Below, one piece after another: positions 10,724-21,702 of a stretch of DNA of 64,000 nt (positions are counted from its first letter, which is position 1; each line of letters begins with the position of its first letter). The notes below the pieces were generated by a model. The model searched no databases. It saw nothing but the letters and a program-made list of their open reading frames with translations, and had not been told where the DNA came from. The stretch is from Mesotaenium endlicherianum (taxonomy: Eukaryota): NCBI GenBank assembly GCA_009602735.1, contig WELA01002202.1, forward strand, positions 1 to 64,000, read 5' to 3'. The translations under genes and the position numbers were made by a program.

Positions 10724-13700
10724 TTATGGAGGGACTCCAGCGGCCCGAAGGTGGAACCGTGTCAACGCCCCTTTGGCATTGGTCAAGTGGTCCTTAAACT
10801 CCCAAGTGTCCCCAGAGGCATCGTAACCCTTCCATCGAATGAGGTATTTCATGACATATTTAGACGATCGACGGACCGAGCGAGCGTCTAAAATCTCATC
10901 GACCTCATATTCCTCAGGGTCGCCGTCCCGGACAGCGGGGACCGGTCCCGGTTGGACAGGGAACCGACCTGTGAACAGTGTATCACCTTTGATGTACGGT
11001 TCCAGGAAGGAGACATTAAAGACCGGGTGCCCCTTGTATTCAGCTGACATGTTCAGTTTGTAAGCATTCTGACCGACACGACGGACCACCGAATATGGAC
11101 CGACCCAGACAGGGCCAAGCTTTTTCTTGACCACACCAGGGAGGTACAGGTGCTGAGAATGCAGTTTGACTAAATCCCCCTTGGAAAATGTCAGTTCCCG
11201 ACGGTGTTGATTAGCGTATTTTTGTTGGTTTTCTTGGGCCGTGTGCAAGTTTCGTTGGACTTCTGACAGGGTGTCAGCAAACTCCTGAGTTAACTGGAGG
11301 GAGACCGGGTTGTCAATCCCTTCAGGGTGAGTTAAAGATTCCCCTAGCACATCTAGAGGAGACTTAGGGACTCTACCCAGGCTGAGTTCAAAAGGAGTTT
11401 TGCCCGTTGACGCGTGCACCGCACTGTTGACCGCAAACTGAATTTGAGGCAACAGGTCATCCCAATTATCTTGTTTTTGGTTAATATATGCTCTCAGCAC
11501 CTCCTGCAGAACTCGGTTAGTTCTTTCAGTCTGCCCATCAGTCTGAGGGTGGTTTGCTGTGCTGAGCAGCTGTTTGACTCCCATTAACCCCATTAAAGCT
11601 CTCCAGAACTTAGAGGTGAATTTTGAGTCTCTGTCTGAGATGATATTAGAAGGGAGCCCATGTTGGCATACTACATGGTTGTAAAACTGTCTCGCTGTTT
11701 CGAGTGCAGTCACTTTGACAGTTGTGGGGATAAAAATGACCATTTTTGTCAGTTTATCCACGACTACCAGTATTGAATCATGCCCGTTGGCAGTTCTTGG
11801 TAGTGAGACCACCCAGTCCATGGATATAGTTTCCCAGCGTCCCGCTGGGATGGGTAGCGGTTGCAAGAGACCTCCGGGTGGTGTGTGCCGAGACTTATTT
11901 CTCTGACACTGGTCACAGGACTTGACATATTTCAAGACCTCCCGGGGTAACCCCTCCCAATGATAATGTTTTGCCAGTTTGCCAACAGTTTTGGCCTGCC
12001 CCAAATGTCCACCCAGGAGACTGTCATGAGCTTGACTCAGTAAGAGAGACCTTATTTCCAAATTATTAGGAATGACCAGCTTCAGCCTGCCTGAAGTGGT
12101 TTCAGTCACCCAGACCCCTCCCTTGAGCTTATACCCGAGTGCAGTAGCACGACACACACCAGTAGTGGGGCTGGGCTCAAATGTTGGGTCAGAAAGGTAG
12201 GCTTTCCTAAGTTGTTCAAGGAAGGACTTTTTCACCTTTAGTGAAGTGAGTGCACACAGGACTTTATCTACAGCATGCTGACTAAAGTTCCTTTCTTGCA
12301 AGTCAGGTCTTCTAGAGAGTGCATCAGCAGGATTCAACTTCCCTGGTTTGTAGTCGATCTGGACTTGGAACTGCTCCAGCATCTGGCTCCAGCGGTTCTC
12401 CCTCCTCGACAGCTTGGACTTCTTCTGAAAGTGGGTCAGAGCTAGATGATCTGTAATCACCTTAAAAGCTTTACCATGTAAGTATGCTCTCCACTGTTTG
12501 AGTACATGAATGATAGCTAGCAGCTCTTTATCATGCACTGAGTAATTAATCTCCGCTGGATTAAATTTCATAGACTCATACAACACAGGATGCCACTCCT
12601 GCCGTACCTTACCATCCTTTGTGGTTTTGTCAGCAGGCTGCAACAAAATAGCACCCATGGCAAAATCAGAGGCATCAGTAACCACCTGCACCGGTTTGCT
12701 GGGGTCATACACGGCTAGCACTGGGGCAGAACAAAGGGCATCTTTAAGGGTCTGGAAGGCAGCCTGCTGCTCTTCCCCCCACACATACCCGATGTCTTTC
12801 TTAGTAAGGTCAGTCAGTTTACTGGCCTTTGTGGAATAATTCTCAATAAATCTCCTATAGTAGTTAGCCAACCCGAGGAAGGATCTAACTTCAGAGACAG
12901 ACTGTGGTACTGGCCAGTCCCTTATGGTCTGGACTTTCTTAGGATCCACACTGATGCCCTCTTTACTGACAACGTGGCCTAAGAATTCAATACTTTCCTT
13001 AAAGAAATCACACTTGCTCATTTTAGCATACAAGTGATTTTTCCGCAGAGTGTCCAGCACTTTCTTTAAGTGTTCAGTGTGCTGAGCTTCATCTTTAGAG
13101 AAAATTAAAATATCATCCAGGAAAACTTGCACAAACTTATCCAAATAAGGTCTGAAAATGTCATTCATAGCACCCATAAAGGTAGCAGGAGCATTAGTCA
13201 GTCCAAATGGCATCACGTTGAACTCATAGTGTCCATAACGTGTGCGGAAAGCAGTCTTGTGTTCATCCCCCTCAGCAATTCTGATTTGATGATAACCACT
13301 CTTGAGATCTATCTTACTGAACACCTTAGCGCCAGACAGGGTATCAAGCAAGTCCTCGATTCTGGGTAAAGCATACTTGTTCTTTACTGTAATTCTGTTC
13401 AGGGCTCTGTAATCCACACACATCCGCATACTGCCATCCTTTTTCTTAACAAATAGGATAGGTGCGCCGTACGGTGATTTACTGGGAGAAATGTAACCAT
13501 TTTCCTCCAGCTCTGCAATCTGTGTTTTCAACTCCTCGCTCTCCAAATAAGACAAGCCATAAGTGCGTTGCCAGGGTGGCTGGCTACCAGGTAATAGATC
13601 AATCCTATGATCTACTTCCCTTTTAGGGGGTAGTCCTGGAGGCATGTTAAACACATCAGTGTACTGAGCAACAATTTTTGCAGCAGTAGGGTGCTCCGGA

Positions 13701-14533
13701 GGGCTTACCTTTTTCTCAACCACTTCTTCAGGTTGAGGAGGTACCTCTCTTAGCAGCAGACAGAACATTCTGTCTTCCTTCTGGTTCCAGCTTTTGACGA
13801 ACTCCATTGCATTCAGCAACTTGCATCCTTCTGGAAGCCTCTTCTTTTCCTTCATTTGCCATCCACACAGGACAAGAGGAAGAGCACTGGTGGGTGCCAA
13901 GTCAGTCTGCCCATCACTGGCTCCTCTCACTTTAACTGTACCTCTGCTCCAACACACTTCAGCTTGATGTCTATTAAGCCAGGACCTGCCTAGCACGAGA
14001 TCATAAAAGCCAGTGTTGAGTACCTCAAATGTAAGCGTTTCAGTTAGAACTGCAATGCCAGAACCTAACTGGACCTCAATAGGCTTGGTTATAACTCCTC
14101 CCGGGATACTTGAGGCATCTCCAAGGAATATTTTTCTATTCCCTTGGGTGACAGTAGGCAGCCTTAGCCGCTTAACTAAGTCCTTGTGAATAAAAGTATG
14201 TGACGCCCCTCCGTCAACAAATGCCCTCACCTTCCTACCTGCAATCATGCAATGCAGTAGGATAGGGGGGACTGTCTTTTCCTGACTTTCGCATTGTTCT
14301 CCTGACGTAGCAAAGAAATGTTGGACATCAGGTGGAACAAGAGCATCCAGAGTGTGCACTCTCTGGACGTCTATATTACTGATGGTCTCCTTTATCTGTT
14401 TGTCAGGCATGCATAGTGAATCCAGTTCAGCAGGACCCATAATACCTGCTACGAGGGCAGCTAGTGACGACTCACTATCTCTAGCATCCTCACAGTCAGT
14501 AGACTGGATTACTGACTGTTGCTGTCTTTTAAA
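10724..14533 (-). CDS. pol: Pol polyprotein (protease, RT, RNase H, integrase, chromodomain), probably entered by -1 frameshift
   Basis: 1238-aa ORF from the ATG at 14440; the frame is open back through the slippery site. Motifs [43 protein letters not shown] and [20 protein letters not shown]. Confidence 0.97.
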   Translation of the reverse strand, partial: FKRQQQSVIQSTDCEDARDSESSLAALVAGIMGPAELDSLCMPDKQIKETISNIDVQRVHTLDALVPPDVQHFFATSGEQCESQEKTVPPILLHCMIAGRKVRAFVDGGASHTFIHKDLVKRLRLPTVTQGNRKIFLGDASSIPGGVITKPIEVQLGSGIAVLTETLTFEVLNTGFYDLVLGRSWLNRHQAEVCWSRGTVKVRGASDGQTDLAPTSALPLVLCGWQMKEKKRLPEGCKLLNAMEFVKSWNQKEDRMFCLLLREVPPQPEEVVEKKVSPPEHPTAAKIVAQYTDVFNMPPGLPPKREVDHRIDLLPGSQPPWQRTYGLSYLESEELKTQIAELEENGYISPSKSPYGAPILFVKKKDGSMRMCVDYRALNRITVKNKYALPRIEDLLDTLSGAKVFSKIDLKSGYHQIRIAEGDEHKTAFRTRYGHYEFNVMPFGLTNAPATFMGAMNDIFRPYLDKFVQVFLDDILIFSKDEAQHTEHLKKVLDTLRKNHLYAKMSKCDFFKESIEFLGHVVSKEGISVDPKKVQTIRDWPVPQSVSEVRSFLGLANYYRRFIENYSTKASKLTDLTKKDIGYVWGEEQQAAFQTLKDALCSAPVLAVYDPSKPVQVVTDASDFAMGAILLQPADKTTKDGKVRQEWHPVLYESMKFNPAEINYSVHDKELLAIIHVLKQWRAYLHGKAFKVITDHLALTHFQKKSKLSRRENRWSQMLEQFQVQIDYKPGKLNPADALSRRPDLQERNFSQHAVDKVLCALTSLKVKKSFLEQLRKAYLSDPTFEPSPTTGVCRATALGYKLKGGVWVTETTSGRLKLVIPNNLEIRSLLLSQAHDSLLGGHLGQAKTVGKLAKHYHWEGLPREVLKYVKSCDQCQRNKSRHTPPGGLLQPLPIPAGRWETISMDWVVSLPRTANGHDSILVVVDKLTKMVIFIPTTVKVTALETARQFYNHVVCQHGLPSNIISDRDSKFTSKFWRALMGLMGVKQLLSTANHPQTDGQTERTNRVLQEVLRAYINQKQDNWDDLLPQIQFAVNSAVHASTGKTPFELSLGRVPKSPLDVLGESLTHPEGIDNPVSLQLTQEFADTLSEVQRNLHTAQENQQKYANQHRRELTFSKGDLVKLHSQHLYLPGVVKKKLGPVWVGPYSVVRRVGQNAYKLNMSAEYKGHPVFNVSFLEPYIKGDTLFTGRFPVQPGPVPAVRDGDPEEYEVDEILDARSVRRSSKYVMKYLIRWKGYDASGDTWEFKDHLTNAKGALTRFHLRAAGVPP
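14492..14533 (-). promoter_or_regulatory. -1 programmed ribosomal frameshift signal (U UUA AAA + 7-nt spacer + 10-bp hairpin)
   Basis: Heptamer at 14527-14533 is in gag phase. Stem ACAGTCAGTA/TACTGACTGT at 14492-14519. Pol is in the -1 frame. Confidence 0.8.
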
Positions 14534-15987
14534 GGCTGGTCTTTTCTCTCGACCTTAGGCAGGTGCTTGACCGGACACTGTTCTCTGTAGTGGCCTTTCT
14601 GCTGACAATGGTAGCAAGTAGATTTTGCTGAGGCTGGTCTCGGCTTAGTCCTACCACCACCCCTTCCATAGCCACCTCGAGAGGGACCACCTCTACCTCT
14701 AGACTGAATAGCATTGTACTCATACTCATATTCATCACCCTGATTATCCTCAGCCTGGTCTCCTTCAACTGCATTGTAGGAACCGTGGGGCTTTTTGACA
14801 ATCTTAGACACCAAAGCGTTACTCTGGCGCTTGTGATTGAACTGCTGCTGATCCCAGGCGTCAGCATCCTGGATCAAGTCAGCCAGTTTCTCATACTTTT
14901 TCTCAGCAAAATGACCAGAGACCTCGGATTTCAAGCCATACCTGAAGTATGCTATCCTATACCGTTCTGGCAAATCAGGCTGCTTCATCATGTTCTCTTG
15001 GAACTTTTGAGCAAACTCAGCAACTGAAGTGGTCTGCTTCAGTGTCAGGGAGATCATCGCATAGATAGCTTTCTCCTGCTGGTTGATGACATCAAACTTC
15101 TCATGCAACTTCTCGACAAACTCTACCCACGTAGGGTCACCGAGTTGCCGAGCCTTACGCTCTTCCTTCCAGTAAAGCCACCAGTCTGCGGCACTGCCTT
15201 TCAGTAGCGCACCGGTGTGCCTGACCTTCTCGTAATCTTGCAGTTCTGGGTAGTTCTCCAGCCACTGCTCAACATCCGCGAGAAACTTGATCAGGTAATA
15301 TTTTCTGTTTCCCTCAGGATCATAGTCCTGGGGAGGTTTCGGCTTGGGCTTACTAGGCCCTCGGCCACCACCACTAGTGGTGTGAGACCCCAGTTGGTCT
15401 CTGTCCCGGAGTAGGGACATTATGATTCTTTTGTCCTCCTGCTGGGACTGATACATGGTCGCCATTTGCGACTGCATCTGAACGAACAATGCTCCCAAGT
15501 CTACATTTTGGGGTGGTAGATTAGCAAATGCAGCAGCAGCATTGGCATCTACTCGCTGAGTAGTGTCCTCAACAATCCCTCTTGCTCCTGCAGCAGCAAT
15601 TCCTGCCGCATTCAGCCGGTCACGTATTTGACCTAGGGGTACATTGAGTTGTACGGCAGGAGGTGGGTTCAGAACATTGGCCCTTGATGCCATAAGTTCT
15701 TCAACAGTGCGCTCGTCAGCTGGCTGTCCTTCCCTCCTTTGTATATCTTCAGCGGCCTTTGCTACTTGTTCAGCTTCTAGTCTGGCTATCTCCTCCTCAG
15801 CTTGCTGAGCTGCGACTGAGGCAATAGCAGCTGCCTCATCTGCAGCCTCCCTAGCTGCAGTATCCGCTACTGCTTCCGAATAGGTACGGTTTCCCGCTAC
15901 ATGGCTTTCCGCCTGGTTTTCGACATTCTCGTTATCCTGGTTCTCCATGTCTCGGGAGTTGCTAGTTTGAGACCTTGTCCTTACCAT
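14509..15987 (-). CDS. gag: Gag polyprotein, 492 aa
   Basis: [28 protein letters not shown], an RGG-rich segment and a CX2CX4HX4C knuckle ([14 protein letters not shown]). Confidence 0.95.
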   Translation of the reverse strand: MVRTRSQTSNSRDMENQDNENVENQAESHVAGNRTYSEAVADTAAREAADEAAAIASVAAQQAEEEIARLEAEQVAKAAEDIQRREGQPADERTVEELMASRANVLNPPPAVQLNVPLGQIRDRLNAAGIAAAGARGIVEDTTQRVDANAAAAFANLPPQNVDLGALFVQMQSQMATMYQSQQEDKRIIMSLLRDRDQLGSHTTSGGGRGPSKPKPKPPQDYDPEGNRKYYLIKFLADVEQWLENYPELQDYEKVRHTGALLKGSAADWWLYWKEERKARQLGDPTWVEFVEKLHEKFDVINQQEKAIYAMISLTLKQTTSVAEFAQKFQENMMKQPDLPERYRIAYFRYGLKSEVSGHFAEKKYEKLADLIQDADAWDQQQFNHKRQSNALVSKIVKKPHGSYNAVEGDQAEDNQGDEYEYEYNAIQSRGRGGPSRGGYGRGGGRTKPRPASAKSTCYHCQQKGHYREQCPVKHLPKVERKDQPLKDSNSQ

Positions 15988-16008
15988 ACAAAGAAGACTG
16001 TGATAACT

Positions 16009-16020
16009 GCTCCGATACCA
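16009..16020 (-). promoter_or_regulatory. Primer-binding site (initiator tRNA-Met type) of element A
   Basis: TGGTATCGGAGC, one base after the LTR end. Confidence 0.9.
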
Positions 16021-16021
16021 C

Positions 16022-16741
16022 TGAAATGAATCGACTTACCAAATAGGCGATTAACAATTAATAAAGATCTTTATATCAGCAAGTAATCTTTATGGTATTT
16101 TCCGTTAACTGGTTAAACGGCAAAGGACAACACACTAGCAGTGAATAATACTCGTAAGTCAAATGCGAGTAAACTAGCATCAATAATGCAAATCAGTAAA
16201 CTCATACATAAGCAAGGTTAGAAGACAGTGCGTATCAATGGCTTCTCGCCTTGGATTCAGATCTCTCTCAGTAAGCTGTACAAGAGAGTTGGCCTCGTTT
16301 CCGAATGCCGAACTCGAGAGCAATGCCTAGCATATGTACATGGAATGAGTTTACTGTTCAACGGTCAGTGCGATGGCACTGCCTACCCGGGAGTTAACCA
16401 CGTTGGGAGGACCTCGGTTAACCAAATCCACCGCCATCTCCCATCATCCCGAATAGCCATCCATCATGGGGATGTCATCTGGCCATTCATCTAGCATGTC
16501 GTACTTAGATGCATATCAAGGCAGGTCGCTGCTACCGAGCACGGAAGTCAGCTGGCTGTCAAAGAATGTGTCAGCAAGCTGACTTAAGTTGACTTCAGCC
16601 TGCTGCTTTTGGCCGAGTCATTAAACTGATAATTATGTAAAGTCCAGCAGACTGACTATTAACTAAACTTCAGCAGGCTGAACTTCATTAACTATTAGAT
16701 TTAAATGAATATTATATCCACTAATATACTGATTCATTACA
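16022..16741 (-). repeat. Element A 5' LTR
   Basis: Direct repeat of 7949-8666; adjacent to the PBS. Confidence 0.97.
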
Positions 16742-19700
16742 GAGAAGCTCTAGTCCTCAAGCTCGCCTCTTTCTTGTGCCTTGTATTCGTGTGCATTTAT
16801 GGCACACTATGATAAGTGAATTAAGGGTTATAGATGAGTAAACGGAATTCATTATAAGGGCCAAGATTGCTCCCTGATTTCACACGCTTCCACCTATCTC
16901 TGATCTTATATATTTGATTGAAATATATTTATCTTGAATAAGCAAGATTGATTTCAGTGGTATCGGAGCTAAGTCCTTTCTTGAATGTCCGTGCTCGTCT
17001 TCTTTGTCTCATGAGGTAAGTGTGTGAGGCTTACTTGTGTGGTATGATGAGTCTAGGTGGAGCTTGGGAAGTGTATGATGTAGAGCATTGCACATCCTGT
17101 CCAGGATCCTTCCACTTGCTCATCTAGTGTGTCTCTGGACTCAATGTACTATGCGGCATACTAACTTGACTTCCTTAGCCTCTTGTGTACAGATCCACGC
17201 AACGAGAAGCCTAAAGTGGAGGCTTGATGGAAGAGGTGTCTGCAAGCATCAAGGGCAGCCTCAAGGGAGTTGCATCATAGCAAGCTAGATATGACTCATT
17301 TACCTCACTTGATCATAGTCGTTGTGTGTTGTTATATGCAATCCACGGCTAGAGTAGAGAGGGGTGTTCACTCCAGCGGTGCTAGAGGACTTGTTAGTCC
17401 GTTGTGCTATCCCTTCGAGCTTAAGCTTGTTGCTTTGCAAGAGACGTACCTCTCCCATTATTTGTGTGGCAATTAGGTTGAGGGAGCTTGAGTATGGCTG
17501 CATGTGTTGAGACATTGAGACAATACGTGCACACATGATTTACTAACTTAAGTTTCCAAGTATGGATTAACAACAGGTTATCCTCGCCACGGTCCAAGTG
17601 CACTACGTCGTCCACAAGCTTCAGTTAGCCGCAACTTCTATGTGAAGAGGCTTCGGCAGCAACAATGGCATCCTCCAGATACCCCCTACTCCCAACCGTG
17701 GCTGTGATATTGTGTGCTTCTCTCGTTTGTCACATTGTTTGTGCTCGGAGGATTTAGGGTATGTGCCTTGTGCTTGAATGCTTTGTATTAGACGGTGATT
17801 TGTGGTACTTGGTGGGATCGTAGGAGCTTGGGTTTAAGCTTAAGACGGGTTTAGTCAGTGTGCTGAGGTTTATGGATGCGGGTCTTATGTGATTGCTGAT
17901 TTAGGTTGAGTCAGCCTGCTGAATTATTTGACCTAATGTGGTTAAAGGGATTAAGGGATTGGGTTTATGGACGCAGTGGCTTTTCTTTGACTCGCTTTTA
18001 CTTTGCATGGTTTATTAAGGGTCCAAGAGCAGCCGCGGACAATGAGTACTTTGAGTGCTTGAGCTAAATGAGCTCTGGGTGTTGCCAGGCTATAGATCAG
18101 CATATCGGGACTTAGGTTGTACGGTGTGTTGACTGACGTATGGAAAGTCAACGTGGATACTAGAGGGGGCTTGACTACTTGCCTCGGGTCCAGTTGGCAA
18201 TTTGTTCTTGGATGCCACCTGTACACTTGGTGAAGTGTATGGAGGTTTGTGTCTTTGTTATAGGGACAAACTGGGCATATTAGCAGTGTGCTAAGTCTCT
18301 GCCGACCTCGCAGCGAACTGAGCTCGCTAGAGGCGCATGCTAGATAGCATGCAAGATGCATTTGTATATGCGTCAGGTGCATGGAATTTGCATCCCGGGT
18401 GCTAGAGGTAGTGGATCGCCGTTAGCATACCGTAGAGCAGGTGTAAAATGGGCCCTGCTGTAATAGATTCACCATGCACACCTAAGTAAAGATAGAAGAG
18501 ACCATCGACATTATAGACGATCTCGCAATGCATGGCTTGAATGATCTTGTTCAGTCTGATGCACAAACATTGTTCTTGCTAGCTTGGGGTTACAATGCGA
18601 AAGTCTTACCAATGATTTATGCACGTTGTTGTTATTGGCTTGCTAAGGGCTTGCTGCAATTGCAATAGGTGCCATGTATGTGCCTCTAGAGAGGAACTTA
18701 GTTTTGAGCTATGCTGAGTTTGCCCATTGTCATTGGTTGAGTCTATGTGATCCCAATGTTTGTTTCGCCCTCCCGGGAATCATGTAAGATGGAGTCATCA
18801 GATCTTGACTGGACTGATGCAACTAGAGTGTGGTGTTTACCACGCGTAGCTAAGCTCATGGAAGGCAACTTACACACTTGCTTGTTGTCTGTTCGACAGA
18901 CTGAGACCAGCAAGCAGAGTATGAAGCAATGGTGACATACAGGTCGAGAGAGGCCGAGGAGTTGGCATGCTGGACGTTGCCACGTGACGCTTCCCCACTT
19001 GTCCTCTGGGCAACTCCAGGCAGTAAGGCGTGAAGGAGGGAGTATCCTGAAACATCAAAACTGTGATATTGTTGGTTGTTTTTGTTCCCTTTTCACTTGG
19101 ATTGTTGACTCTCACTATTTGGTGGTTGTCATTTTGGCGTATGTCTTGCTAGGAATGACTGGTATGAGTCATTGTATGCATGCGTTGGTAGAGTCAGCTA
19201 ACTGAGCTACTCTTTGGTATCGGAGGAACTCGCTAATGGGGCCGGTTGTCTTTATCTCATAGCAAGCTATCTACACTTCCAAATGGAAGGGTGTAATACG
19301 CTGGCGAAGTTTGGGTTATTCATTTATAGAGCTTTGAAGTTTATGGTGAGAGGGTCTGAATGGTAGTTTACTTGTCCCTATGCCACTTTGGGCATTGCTC
19401 TAATCCGGATAAATGAACTTTTTTTGGGGGGGGGAGGGGGGGAACTTTCTTTCTTGCTTACTTGGGTGTTTGCACTGTGTGTCCTCTCTTAATTTTCCTT
19501 TGTTGATTCATCTCCACCCACTCGTACCGCCGCAATCCTCTGTGACTGTCACTCTGTGTGCTTCTTATGATGCCGAGTTGTAGGCACTTCTTGGTGTGCT
19601 TATGCGGTTAGAGCTGTCGGGTTGACAGCTATTTAAGTTGGGGAGAGGGAGATGAGATGTGTTTTAGGAGTATGCAGTAAGCTGTGCTTACCTGCATACT

Positions 19701-21070
19701 CAGCAGCAAGTGTATGTACTAATTGAGTCATACACTGCCACGTCCTATGTATGTACTGCATTAATATCAGGAGCATCAGTGACTGACTGGTGTAAACTGT
19801 GAGTTGCAGTACACTGTTGGAGCAAGTGTACGTACTAACTGAGTAAGTACATTGCCATAAGTTGGGATTGGGTAGCAATGATGCATGGCACATCGAGGAA
19901 CTGCTTGAGGTGACCAGCATGTTGCTCAAAACCATATGTTTCTTTGAACTTAGTCTTTTCTAAAAATGTGGTTAGAATTTGAAATTTTCTTGGGCTCATT
20001 CACCTGATGCTACTCATCTTGTAAGGGCATTCAATGCCATCAAATCAGTTGGTCTCCCTCGTCCTTCAGTACGCTGAATTTTGAGCAAGTACCTAAGTCA
20101 CAAGAAATTGCTTGTGAGAAGCTTTCAAGGTGTGAGCACGGCAGGAGTTGAAGACCAAAAGAAGGAGAATAGGCTTAGTTCAGTTGGCTGAGCCTTAATA
20201 ACATTCTTTCATTGTTTGACCTCGAAAGGAGGCTGTTCGATTTGGGTGTGGTTTCCATAGTGTGAGCTGCTCTATTGTGTCTTTCAGCTGGAAGGACTAT
20301 TGTGAGTAGGGGTAAGTCCATGCATGTCTTCAGTTATTGATGGTGAAGTCAGATGGTGGCTTGCAGGACAGTTTGCTGTGATTAATTTTTACTTGCATCG
20401 GGTAGGTGAATATATCACGCTCATGTTTTGTTTGCTTGCTTTGCTTCACCTAGTTAAATAATTGAATTGTATGCTGAGTGTTGTCGAGGCGACAACAATT
20501 TAAGCTGGGGAGATTGTAATGAATCAGTTCATTATTTATTTAATTAATTGCATGCATAAATACAACACTAAATATGTATTATGTCAATATACTCACAAGC
20601 GCGAGTTCATTTAAATGAATGTATGTCTGTGACGTTTCTGCTTTTCGAGAGGATCTTTCCTCGGTATTCAAGGAATATTCAATTCAAGTGGGGGAAAATC
20701 TGTATACTAGTGGAAATTGACGAATACTCGAAAGAGCGAAAGTGAAAACTAACGTAGAATGTGTGCTTGCGAGAGTTGCACTCACAATGACTGCAGGTAT
20801 TTATACTTGCACAACATGAGGCACTGGAGTGCTTCGAGTCACCACCTAGGGCACTGGTTCATGTTCAACGAAAACGGTCAAAGGGACGTATCCCATTCGG
20901 CCGAATGCTCGAAACGCGCAGTTGGCCGTTTGGAGACTTTTCGACAGTTTCCGAAAAACCGTTTCGCGCCAAACGGGCGTTTTCGCGTTCTCGCGACTTT
21001 CCGAAAAAGTCGCGATTGATCGCGGAGTCGCGTCCACATGCTTTCGTCATAAACCGGTAGTTTAAAAAGC

Positions 21071-21141
21071 TACTTTGGCCAATCGGTTAGGTGTGAACGT
21101 TTCAAACGAAAGTCGCCGGTTCGAATCCGCTCGGATGCAAA
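21071..21141 (+). other. tRNA-like A-box/B-box module inside the B LTR (antisense to the element)
   Basis: TGGCCAATCGG at 21076-21086 and GGTTCGAATCC at 21118-21128, at tRNA-like spacing. Degenerate copies at ~5190-5258 and ~26355-26425. The acceptor stem does not pair. Confidence 0.55.
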
Positions 21142-21702
21142 GCGACTTTGCACATTTCGTTTCGCTTGACTTTACGACTGTTTGTTCGTATTAATGATAC
21201 GACAGTTTCTTCGTATTACGACTAGTCCCGAAATCTGTGATTGTCCATTACTCGTAATAATGACAATCAAATTAACTTAATCAAACAATGATTAATCAAA
21301 TTATCATCTCATAATTATTCAAAGTAACTTTATGAATAATTATGTCGTACTTTTGCGAAGTAGTCGAATTACGTTACGACGCTTTTTGCAATAGTATCTT
21401 GGTCGTTTCGCCAATCGACCGGGAATTAATCGGCACACGTGTGTGGCAAATAATTCAATGTGATGCAATCATTTATCAAATAACTTATGATAAGTAGTAT
21501 AACGTATTTTAGGTAATTGGGAAAACGTCCCATATACGCCTAAAAAGCTCAAATTGTTACACTCCTCCTCCCTTAAAAGAACTTAACGTCCTCGTTAAGC
21601 GTACGTCTTTTAAGTCGCAGATGTGTCGATACTAGCCTTGACTAGCGGAAACCACTGGTGAGCGATTGGACTATGCATCATCACAGTGACGGAAAAGAGC
21701 AA

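Larger units (their letters stand above)
7949..16741 (-). mobile_element. Element A: full-length, ORF-intact Ty3/Gypsy chromovirus with an extra ORF3
   Basis: LTRs at 7949-8666 and 16022-16741 (TG...CA). PBS at 16009-16020, PPT at 8668-8681. Flanks GAGAC/GAGAA inside the C LTR. Intact gag, pol and ORF3. Confidence 0.97.

Noticed and set aside
21071..21141. Functional tRNA gene (anticodon TCA; Sec or suppressor)
   Set aside because: The acceptor and anticodon stems do not pair properly, and it lies inside an LTR. Kept only as a tRNA-like module.
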